Source of the DNA: Balanoglossus misakiensis
Lineage: Eukaryota > Animalia > Hemichordata
Reading direction: 5' to 3'
Length of the DNA: 64,000 nt
Assembly: GCA_040954595.2 (NCBI GenBank)
Contig: CM082577.2
Span: forward strand, 16,561,903 to 16,625,902
The notes beneath the pieces were generated by a model that had not been told where the DNA came from, did no database searches, and saw only the letters and a list, made by a program, of their open reading frames with translations. The translations under genes and the position numbers were made by a program. This document shows, one piece after another, positions 1 through 11,500 of this stretch; within the stretch, counting starts at the first letter, position 1; the number at the start of each line of letters is the position of its first letter.

Positions 1-1314
1 TCACTAAAGTATCAATGATTAAAGCTTGCAACGTACTTGAAATTGATATAGTATTTTACCTTGTCAATATTCACTTTTTCAGTGCTGCACTCCCCACAAC
101 CAGCCACTGTTTATCACTGTCTTGAGTTTCTGTCAGTGGTCCATGGTAACATTAACTGATGCCCTGACCATAAGTTAATGACCATGAGTGCTTGTTAACA
201 ATATTGTGTATGACACCACACGAAAGTCCCTGTGTTTATGGAAAGGAATGACAGCTTGTAGCAAAGTAGTAGTGGGAACTTATAACATCAATTTTTCACC
301 CTTGCTATTGATTCATTAACATTTTTCAGAAAGTAAGAAGATTTGACTAGAATTCAACACCTATTGAGTACTCAAAAACATTGAACCAGGTTGTAGAAAT
401 CTGTGAAAACCACTGTAACTGTCTTAAATTACATATAGAAGACCCAATTTTACATCTCTGTTCAATATCTGATTGCTCCTACGAACATATACTTACTGAA
501 GTGCCAGATTTGAATTTGAATGACAAGGAGGATCGTCAATGGTCACTTCGTTTCATCACCTATGTCATCATCACGACTACCAATGTCATCTATGCTCAAC
601 CTGCAGATCACAAAGAAAATGTATTGACAATGTTAAAGAAAAATAATGTCTTAGTCACTGAAAATAATAGTGCGTGCAGCAAAAGGCCAAGCAAGTACAA
701 TTTGTACACAGAGTACGGCAAAGTATGGGAACTAGAAAGTATCTCTTTACTACACTCATGAGTTTGAAAAGTGCGTTGTTTCTATGTGGGCATCCATTAA
801 TTTTGAACTTTTCATTACGTGAAAAACTAATGTTATTCATTGCAAATCCTACTCAGAAATGCACTTCGAACATGCGACCAATGTCATCATCATAGACAAC
901 AATTTGAAAACTAGTATACATGATATAAGGCAGGGTATGTATTGTTATTCATGCTGCACTCGCACTCAGGTCAAATCTGTTACATATTAAAATTGCCATG
1001 TGCATACAATAGAGTTAGTCTTTTGTAAATTCACACTGAGAAGAAATGAAACATTATCTGCCACATGTTGGTGAATGGCTGGCGGTGATGTTGTGGGTTG
1101 ATTTTCGAACTATGATTATCGTGGGTACAAATCACCTTTATTTTCTCAGAGACAACACGTTTGCAAGTTCAGGACAGAAAGGTGAAAACGAACATCATTA
1201 GTTCTTGGGTAAGTCCGCTGAATTTCGGTGAGGTCAATGTGCTCTAAAGTCAAACCGTTCCTGGTAAAACAAAGCAATGACGTATAGGTAGGCCATAATT
1301 ACTGTAGAACTTAC

Positions 1315-1502
1315 CGATCAATCAACATGGGTACCAAATCGTTGGATATCCCGGTTTCATCTCGGGGATCATTCCATATTACGATATGGCTGACAATGTA
1401 GACTGTCTTGTGATTATTTATTGCGTTGCGCAGTAAGATTTGTCTCTTCGATGTCGACATACTCGGGCGACAGCGGTCCAGAAGTAAAGACAGCGACGCC
1501 AT
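1315..1502 (-). CDS. Candidate first coding exon of an unidentified gene running off the left edge of the window
   Basis: aagATGG start context, open frame MASLSLLLDRCRPSM...PMLIDR ending at a strong donor CG|gtaagt, CpG-rich, with an NRF1-like TGCGCATGC just upstream (~1528-1536). No recognisable domain. Confidence 0.35.
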
Positions 1503-2469
1503 CTTGTTTATATCGTGAAGTATCGACTGCGCATGCCCAATACTTTGCGCGGTTTTTTTTTTTTTTTTTGGGGGGGGGGACAAAGGCGCGCAAGGCGCGC
1601 GGCGGCCGGTATTGAGAAAATGACTTGCAATTGCGTAATTATTTTTTTGTTAAAAAAAGTCAATTGTACATTTAAAAAACTTTCAATGGTCACACTACGG
1701 TAAACATTCTCTGCATACAGGTCTGTGTGTTCCCGGCGTTACAGGCCGTGTAACCTCGGGAATGGACTCGTGTGAAGGGACAGTTCGGTTTGCGTTTTGT
1801 CATTGACGTGGGTGTCAGACTTTTGCTCTTTCTGAGAGAGTACGTTTAAATACCGTAGAAGTTTATCGACTGGACTTTCTGTGCACCGACAGTTGCATTA
1901 TTTGTAGGCGGGCAACACCACTATCGCGCAAACTGTGGATAACTTTTTTCTAGTGCTGTAGTTTGTCTTACGGCCTGGAAAAGCTACTTTTTTCACCATG
2001 GTCTGTACTACAGTTTATTGTAGCTTGAAGTTGTACCACATGTTGGTTGCCGAGTTGTAGTTGATAGCACGATAAAACCGGGAGTCAGGCATATGGTCCT
2101 AAATACAATGTAGTTCGAAATTTACGCGTTGACCTCACAGCGGGTCTTGTTGTCGCGTTCACTAAATTCCAGGTATTCCCGACCTGCTGCGGTTGGATGT
2201 CTCCCCAGAGCACTTTCTCTTTTCATCAAAGACTAGGAATCCTATCAATTTGTTGTTTATTCCACCAAACCGTATATACCAGTGACGCTGGACTTTGATT
2301 GTCGAGGATACCCTTCTCATTTGATTTCGTCGTTGGTTAGGCCTGGTCGAGGTGTCGTTCCGCCGCACGTGATTTTTTTTCCTTTTAATTCTCACATTTT
2401 GCTCGGCTTCTTGAGATTTGGCGAATAATCTATCTCTACAAATGGAATGTTTGTATCCATGCAATCACA

Positions 2470-2728
2470 CTTCGGTTTCTTCTGAAAGTACTGTGTGGGA
2501 AGGAACTCCATACAGATGACTGCAAATTATACGTGGTGAAGGGCGACCAGTGATGAACTCCTCGCTAAATGATTTTGGCAGAATCATGCCCTCAGCGACG
2601 AGTTTGGGCTCGTCTATCGGCGGACCCAATTCCAACAGTGGCATTCTCTTTTCAATTGGAATTTCTCCAGATTTTTGGGTCACCATCGCGTACGATTGCG
2701 TCCAAAATGGTAATTGTCCAAGCCATGC
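2470..2728 (-). pseudogene. Cytosolic sulfotransferase (SULT)-like pseudo-exon with two frameshifts
   Basis: After acceptor ttttaag the frames join as (G)MAWTITILDAIVRDGDP / EIPIEKRMPLLELG...PSPRIICSHL / EFLPTQYFQKKPK. This matches the SULT segment GTTW..I...I...GD......RVPFLE...SPRLIKTHLP...LP......K. Confidence 0.6.
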
Positions 2729-4244
2729 CTTAAAAGGGGAAATTTCCGACTCCAATTTTCAATTTAGTTGTACCGGTACCTTTCAAATCCAGTCCTTAAT
2801 AAATATAGATTGTTGTCGCAGTTAACACTGTCTAAAAGACAAACTAACATTGTCTGTTTGTGTGACGATTTTCAGGTCCAACAATTAAACCTAGGTATCC
2901 GTGTTGTGCGGCAGGCAAAAGGTGACTCTCAGCTGAAAGAACTTATGCTAATTTGATAGCCTTCCTTGCAACCTTTAAGGCTGTGACCTAAATTAGGGTA
3001 CGTTAAAAGTCTTTAACATGATGACCTTGGTATGGTGTAGTTTAAAAGAAAGCCAGTTCAACTGACGACTCAATTTAATTAGGGTGGATGGTGGTAAACT
3101 GACATTTTGCCCTGTGTATGACCAAAATGGAGATTACTGTCACGTAACAGCCCGTTCCCGTTACCTTGGGGAAGACCTCACGATACTACACCGGCTGTGA
3201 ACGCGCCTTACAGCGAGCTGGGCTTCAGTGGTGTTTTGTCACAAGATTGAGAGGCTGGGGCTCGCCACGGTTGAGAAGTTAAAGTGGGCGAGGTCTGTTC
3301 TCCGTTTAACTGATGAGTTTGGCAGAACGAATTTGTCACCATGGACATCTATGATCAATGGGCTATATTTTTATACATATACATGTACTTACTCTGCTGA
3401 CGGTTCACATGATCTGTGCAGTGGCACGCGTACATGGTATTCGGGAAAATCGGTTTTTTACTATCATAAGTTCTTTATCATGGGTATATTTTACGGGACG
3501 GTCCCAACATGTCCGCCGACAGCCGAGGATAATCTGCAGAAAAACAACACACCCGAATTATCCATGCACATTATTATTTTTATATTTTGGGTCGGAACAT
3601 TGATTTTGTCGGTATCAAACATACGTGTCGACTTGTTTTCATTTTGAGGTTGCACGCAAATATCCTCCGCTTTTCAGACAGTAAGGAGAACCGAGATTGT
3701 GTTTATGTGGAATTTGGTTGTGATCTGGACTTGCCCCTAGTGTATCTGCTTAATTATTTCATAATAAATAAATTTCAGAAAATTGTGCTTCGAGTCTCTA
3801 TATAGTGTTTGGACTGAATGCATAGCTCAGTACCGAAACTCGTTCAAAGCAAGCAAACACACTAAATGTAATGAGCAAACAATTACGAGACGTCGTGCAA
3901 CCGATTAGTTAAGAATCTTTTACTGAAAAAAATCACCAAGCGACTCGTGGGCTAATCTAGTTGTGACTTGTTATTGTATGGATAATTTAGTGGCACGCTG
4001 TCAGATGACCAATATTGATGATGTCATCAGTTACTGTGCACGACTTTGAAGCCACACTGAAAAATAATATTCACCACCAAAAGTTATTGAAGGTAAATAT
4101 TGAGGGAACCAACATTTAGTTTTCGGGTTGATTTTAATCACATCTTACATACATCAATGTATGCATTGACAAATCTTCCCGGTGATTTAAAATAGCGAGA
4201 GTGACGCCCGACGGCTACGCTGAATTCCTGGTTAAAATAAATGA

Positions 4245-5052
4245 TGGCATACCTGCATCTTTTCTGTGTTTTATTTCTGTTTTACTGGGGCTCTAAATGC
4301 ATGAAATTTTACGTGGAAATGACGTTTTCGTAGAATTTAACCTAATGCTTGTCAATTAACCGTAATGGAAAGGACATTCGTTAGCTTCGACCTTTAAGCA
4401 ATTGTGTTGTAGAGGACCCATACCCGTACATTTTTTCTGTGTTTTATTTCAGTTTTACTGGGGCTCGAAATGTACATGAAATTTTACTTGGAAATGACGT
4501 TTTCGTAGAATTTGACATAATGCTTGTCAATTAACCGTGATGGAAAGGACATTCGTTAGCTTCGATTTTCTAGCAATTGTGTTGTAGAGGACCCATACCC
4601 GTACATTTTTCAGTGTCTTATTTCAGTTTTACTGGGGCTCGAAATGCATATGAAATTTTATTTGGAAATGACGTTTTCGTAGAATTTAACCTAATGCTTG
4701 TCAATTAACCGTAATGGAAAGGACATTCGTTAGCTTCGACCTTTAAGCAATTGTGTTGTAGAGGACCCATACCCGTACATTTTTTCTGTGTTTTATTTCA
4801 GTTTTACTGGGGCTCGAAATGTACATGAAATTTTACTTGGAAATGACGTTTTCGTAGAATTTGACATAATGCTTGTCAATTAACCGTGATGGAAAGGACA
4901 TTCGTTAGCTTCGATTTTCTAGCAATTGTGTTGTAGAGGACCCATACCCGTACATTTTTCTGTGTCTTATTTCAGTTTTACTGGGGCTCGAAATGCATAT
5001 GAAATTTTATTTGGAAATGACGTTTTCGTAGAATTGAACCTACTGCTTGTCT
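4245..5052. repeat. ~175-bp tandem repeat, ~4.6 copies, with alternating A/B (349-bp) higher-order structure
   Basis: Anchor gaggacccatacccgtaca at 4412, 4587, 4761 and 4936; variants cctttaagca and ttttctagca alternate. Confidence 0.95.
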
Positions 5053-5544
5053 TTCATGATGAAAGGGACTTGGATGGCTATGACTTGCTAGCAACTGTCT
5101 ATGGGACCAATACCGGCAGACGGGACGACGCCAACGCTTTAACATGACCTTGGTGTCGTTTAAAAGAAAGCTACTTCAACTGACGACTCAATTTAATTCA
5201 GATGTATCGCATACTATACGTGTGGAAATCAAATCAAACGTGCCCCATCTACGATTACATGGACCCCGCTTTAGGGTTACGTTTTATCATTTCACTCTTT
5301 CATAGGAACGTTATAACCTAAAGAACGCTATTATCTAGGCATAAAATAATCCACATTTTCATGTAAATTGTATGTGCTTGCGTAATATTGTTATCTCACT
5401 AGATAATAAGTTGAATATTCAGTTACTATGCATTAAATCATCCCTGAAAATTTAAAAGTGGCAGTCAACTTCCTCAGTCCAGAAGAGACAGCGTGACAAC
5501 TGTCTTTGTCATAGTTTGCAAAGTGTCTGAACGAAGCAGGAAGA

Positions 5545-8500
5545 ATGGCGTTCTTCGCGGTGTTTATGCTAGCATGCATTAGTTTGGGCTGCAGCACTGT
5601 CATCAAAAACCCTGAGGTATATGATTTCAGCTTTTCAGTTCTGTACGTTCTAACATCAATTTTATTATGCCCAAAATTCAGCTGAATTTTTACACTGAAT
5701 TTGCCCTTGGAAAGGTGTGGCGCAAATTATAGGGTAACAAACAAAATTCTAATGTCACATTTATAAACTTCTAATTAGTATTCCTTCACCTATATTAAAT
5801 GTTTTCAAATAGGGAAGGTATTATTTTCGGACTGTGGGATTCCTAAATTAGTTCAGAATGTGTTTTATGTATATACATGTGATTGGTGTCAAAAATGTCC
5901 ACAGTTACCTGTCTTTTATTCTAGATCCATTTGTCGATGTCGGAGAGTGACCTGTTACACTACTTCGGAGTCCGGTCAGTTGAAAAAAGTGAGTTCACAA
6001 ATAAGACCCACAAGCTCCATTTTTGGAGTGCGATGTTTTCAAATAATAAACCAGTTTGTTCTGCAAAAATCACGATAAGCGAACTCATTTGAACTCTACA
6101 ACATTGAAATCTAAAGTAGCCACAACAGTCAGCAATGAAAAGTTTAACTTACGCATATTTCATTTATTATCATTATTGATTTTACTCTTTGACGATTGGT
6201 ACAGAAAAGATGGAGTTTTGCAGACTGTTTACTTTCATTTCATTTCAATTTATTAAATTTTACAGTGCCGGAGTACCACATCACTTATCCAAGGGCGTTG
6301 AAAAATGGTGACGATGTTATTGTAGAAAGGTCGGCGGAACCACATGACGAATCCCTGACTGTGGAACTGGAACTCTTCGGTGACCAGCTGCAAATACAAC
6401 TCGAAAAGACTCCAGGTACGAGTTTACAGTGTCTAGGTATTTAAAGCCCCAGCACCTGCATTTTACCATATTTTAATCGACAAAATACTTCAATCGTCTC
6501 CTTATCTCTAGTCGAAATGTGACAATGTGGTAATTTCAAAACTCACATGTGCATACGACGATAGTGATGCACTCTTGCAATAGGGAGTTGAATAAAAGGG
6601 TGTGGCACCCGTTTTATATATTTAAATAAGTAGCCACAATCAGAGGTTGATAATGTGTTTGTGTAGGTATTAACTCACTTAAATGGGACATTCTAGGCTT
6701 TAAAGTTAGCTTCCGTTGTGGAGATGTTTGTATCACTCCAATATGTAATAATTAATCGTATACGTAATAGTAACCCAATATGTAATAAAAAACACTTAAC
6801 CCAATATGTAATACTAACCCAATATGTAATACTTACCAAATGTATAATAAACTGTAACCTACATGTAATAATCAGGACTAAAAATTCATACCCTACCACA
6901 TCGCCAATTAATGTTTAGTCGATATCTTTATTAAAGTTGATGTACTAAATGCAATGGGCCGGTGGCCTTTATGCAAATAAATATTATTAAAGTTGAAAAA
7001 CACGATACACGCATCAACACCTGGTCAGTTATAGTTATTTCTGCATGTCACTCCAGGGCTGCTTGTGCCAGGTGCCATCATTCAAGAGATCGACGCCCGT
7101 GGCACATCCAAGATCCACGTCAGAGACACCCATAGTTGTTACAGAGGCAAAGTGGTATCACGTGACAATTCTAGAGCTGCTTTGTGTAATGTCGACGGTG
7201 TGGTTAGTGAAATTCTTCCTGTGCGCTGGCGCTATACTCAAAACGTAAATTTGGTACCATGGAGACAGTTGCGGAAAACATTTTCTGAAACTATCGATTC
7301 GTCAACATATAACATAAATATTTGTACCAACGTATCCCTTGCCTTCAATTTCATATAGGTAGGATTATAAAAAAGTAACTTTTTTAAAACCTGTTATTGT
7401 TATTTGAATTGAATGTATTTCAACATTGAACAACTTTTGCTTCACTTTACCAGCATGGTATGATAAACTTAAATGGTGATAATCTGGTCATTCAACCTTT
7501 ACGCCACGGATATGACGCACGCGTGCGCAGAGACAATGGCGACCCTCACGTGGTATACAAGCGACAGGTTGATGATTCCACTTTTCATGGCATTGGAAAA
7601 GGTATATATAAATAGTGGTCTAGTTTAGTCTAGTCTCCTGACGAGTGAGTTCAGTAACTCTCGAAACAACATTGTAGTAATATCGTAATATTACCACTTT
7701 ACATGTTGTCTTACACAGCGTTTCGCACAATAACAGTTCATACTACAAAACCACCAGCCCCATAAACGAATTAGTTATTCTTTAGGCCGCATACTGAAAA
7801 GGCGTATTGGTTTTATGTTTACTTCAGATGTTCTCACATCGAACAAAATTGATCGACGACATAATGAGCGTGACACGGAATTGGTGACGAAACACATTGA
7901 GACCCTGATGGTGGCCGACCACACTATGTACGGGTACCACGGCGAGGCGCTGGAACAGTACATTCTTACAATTGCAAATGTGGCAAGTGTAATTTTATAC
8001 ATGCCAAACTAGGACTGTACAAACTAAGGCGGGTTCAAATCCCGCCTTAATCCCTTAAAATGGCGGGAAAAACGGCGTTTTGCCGGAGCCAAAGGTTTGA
8101 ACGCCTTGGTCAACACACTGAACATTTTTTTCGGAAAGACGTGGGGTTGTTGAAATGCAAATACCAGGCACCGTCGGTATTGTTATGTTAATCAATGTAT
8201 ACCAGCAGAATTTGTGGTGAGGTTATTTCTCATGTGGTATTTTTTATATTTTGAATCCCTCATATACTTAAAACAAATATGAATTGAAACTTACTTATCT
8301 GAAAAAAAAAATGTCTCCGAGATGCGTACTACTTAATTACAATCTTACGTTTATTTTTCAGGTCGCCGATCGTTTCGCAGAACCGTCCATCGGAGCTAAT
8401 GTCTACTTCCATCTGGTCAGAATAATAATATTTAAAGAGCCATCGGCAAGTGACCTAAGGCTTTTACCACGTTGGGGACGAGTCCGTATGTTTTAAAATA

Positions 8501-11500
8501 CTTCATGATATTAGCTTTGGAGTTGAATGATATGAGTATGCCAAAGGTCTTTCTTTCTGCTTTGCAGGATTTATTGAAAGATTTTGAGGGGGCCAGTGAT
8601 ATTCTGGACGAGTTCTGTCGATACCAGAAAACTATCTTTGTTGACGATGATGACAGTCCCTTGCACTTTGACAGCTCAGTTATCCTCACACGGTCAGTAT
8701 CCATAATTTACAATTCAAAATACCTCGGAAATTCTCTTTGTTTGAGTGATATACTAAGGGCGTTTCGGACGTTTGCATTTTGTGACATTTTACCCACGAC
8801 TCCACCTTTAAGTTCCTTTCTGTATCCATCCCTTCACCCCCCCCTTCCATGTATACAAGTACAAGTTCAGCATAGAAGTGCCACGCTCCTCTAAATTTCA
8901 TTTCATGTTTTCCTTCTTTGGATTGGGATACACTCGTGAGTCTGGTCGGGGTGTCGATTGAGATGTGAAGAGACGGGAAAATGTGTAGAGAATAGATTTC
9001 AACGCCGGTGACTTTATTTCAAAAATGATTAGCCGTTGACATAAAGTACACGACCTGTAGTCCAGGCTGGACCAGCGAAACTCCCTGCACTGTTGAACTC
9101 TCTCTTGGTACTACAGTAACTTGCTGCACAGAAAACAACTCTTTGTATAACATTTCAGAATTATATTATAATGATGTATCGATGTTACAATGCACAAGTT
9201 TTTCAGCATTTCACAAAACCACTAACTGAACCCAAGCTATGAATTCTGGTAGATGTGCTAAACACAACTTCACTGATGGACATTTCTAATGTGTAATTAA
9301 CCAAAGTCATGTGGGGGTTAAATTTCCAAGGTGAGATGATTCCGACGCTCACATTCCTTAAATTTCCATTATTCACTGAAAACATGAAATGTCTTTTTGA
9401 GGAGCATGACAGAAGACAATAGGTTTGGACCAAACCATGGTGGTGACAGGGTTAAAGTTTGGTTCTGCATATATGAGCTATATTGAGCAGTTAGGACTGC
9501 GCATTTAGCCATGAATCGGGGAGCTAAACACGAACGCATGGTTGATACAGAGAATAAAAATACTACAAAAACATAGACAAACCTTACATATAGCGGACCA
9601 GTTCCTTTAAATATGAATGTTCCACCAATTTCACTTCCGCTAAAATCAACAGAAAGATCAGTGGAGGCCTTGCTGGTGTCGGTACTGCTTGCTCAAGTAG
9701 GCCGTGTGCTTTGTGTGGCGACACTGGTTTAATGCCCAGCGCCTTAGCAATGGCTCACGAATTGGGACACACGTAAGTAATTTCTAGCTGATATATTTAT
9801 AATTACTTTTTGGGAATATAGGAGAAGAAAACGTGCTTGAAAAGTCTAATATTTATAGGTCTCTCACCTTTGGAGAAAGTTGTACTGTCACTATTTGCAA
9901 AAAAGAACTGAGTGTATCGAGGAAACTCATGTGTCAGTCGCCTCACGGATTTAATATGCCAATTTATTTATTCGCTGTCGATGTGAAACTTATAGGATAT
10001 AGAATATAGGATGAATAAACGTGTTTGAATATTCAAATGTTTAGCCAAGCTTTCGTTGTACAAGCAACTGCAAAACCATGTATGACCGGTAGACATTAAA
10101 ATTATTACCTGAATGTTTTCCCTGCAGAATGCGCTTCCCCCATGACGGTAATGCACGCTGTAGAGATGGGGCTTACATCATGTCGACTGTTACCCCTGGC
10201 GGAGTTGAGTCTTTTGAGTGGTCAATTTGTAGTACTGAACATGGCAAGGAATACTTCGGGTGGGCACTTATTAGTAGTTGCAACGGGTGAATTATTTGAT
10301 TTCTTGGGGGAGATAGATTATTTGCAATTGTGTGTGTCAGTAAAACAGCAAGCAATTGGTAAAACAATATTACATCGTACTTAAAAGTTCAATTCTCTGT
10401 AACTTCAAGATTTTTGCACTTTACAATGCAATTGGTTTCGTTTTTTTCCCCCAGTATTTGGCTAAACATTAGATTGAACGATTCAGTCGTGTTCGGGCCC
10501 TCCGGCAGTGCCTCCAAGGGTCTTAGTCGGCGAGCCGGAGCGCCCGCACAGGACTGAATCGTTCAGTCTAGGTAAACATCTCATCACATCCGGCACATGC
10601 ACAGACAGTGTAGCTGAAAATGGTTTTGTTGACAAGCGGAATGCTTGGAATCACTGAAAAGCATTTATTTTTTTGACTGCAACATTTAATATATCTGTTC
10701 ATTGTTGTGGTTGTTGTTGTTTATTCACACGCCAGCTCATCCCAATCTGCGTGTTTCAATGATGATCCTATGAGCAGCGCCGTTATTGACATAACTCTGA
10801 ACGGTCAAAGGCCTGGTTTATACTATAACATGGATCAGCAGTGCAAGTTTTCGTGGAGCAGTAATACTACGGTGTGTCCACAGTTGCCAGAGGTAAGAAG
10901 GCGCGCGGTGATCTCCGGGCCATAGATAGTACTAATATCCATTCAATTAAAACAGTGCGCGCCTCGAAAATCTTCTCTTAATTTACATTCATATTCTGCT
11001 CAAGGCATATTATCTAGAATATGCTCTTTCAGAATTGAGTATAAAACTTGGTTCTGAATGAGAGAACAGCATTTTGGCATCCAAATTCCGTGTTAACTTC
11101 ATGGAGGAACGTTCTGTTTACTTGTTCGTTTTCAAAGAGACTCCTCACACACTCAACTAATTGAAAAGAATCGAAAGGGTGGGACTATAAATGTTCTGAA
11201 ATTCTGCCCCCCCCCCCCCCCGGCGTATGACACCTTAAATAAAGATTGCCTTATTATAGAAGCGTAAATGATCAGCCGCATCTAACAAAATCAATGTTTG
11301 TTTAAACTTCATCTTTCGCACCATTTTCATACGGGTATTTCAAACAAACATTTTGGATATATTCTTTGTATCAATAGCGCCCGGATGATGGAGAAACAAA
11401 TGAAAATTTAGAGGTCCTTTGACGTGAACCTTTCATGATCGTAACTATTATTTTTTATACTCAGGGTAAGTGTGAAACTTTGTATTGTATGACCGATTCA

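Noticed and set aside
381-761. 126-aa ORF on the + strand
   Set aside because: Non-ATG start, an in-frame stop just upstream and no recognisable domain.
3310-3337. CTGATGA...GAAT hammerhead-like string
   Set aside because: GAAA is broken and stems I and III are missing.
3165-3348. Exon-like minus-strand segment (tag|...CCCAAG|gtaac) considered as a preceding SULT exon
   Set aside because: Contains a stop and has no convincing YPKSG or other family motif.
8029-8050. GGTTCAAATCC B-box-like motif
   Set aside because: No A box or cloverleaf; it is part of a short hairpin in a repeat relic.
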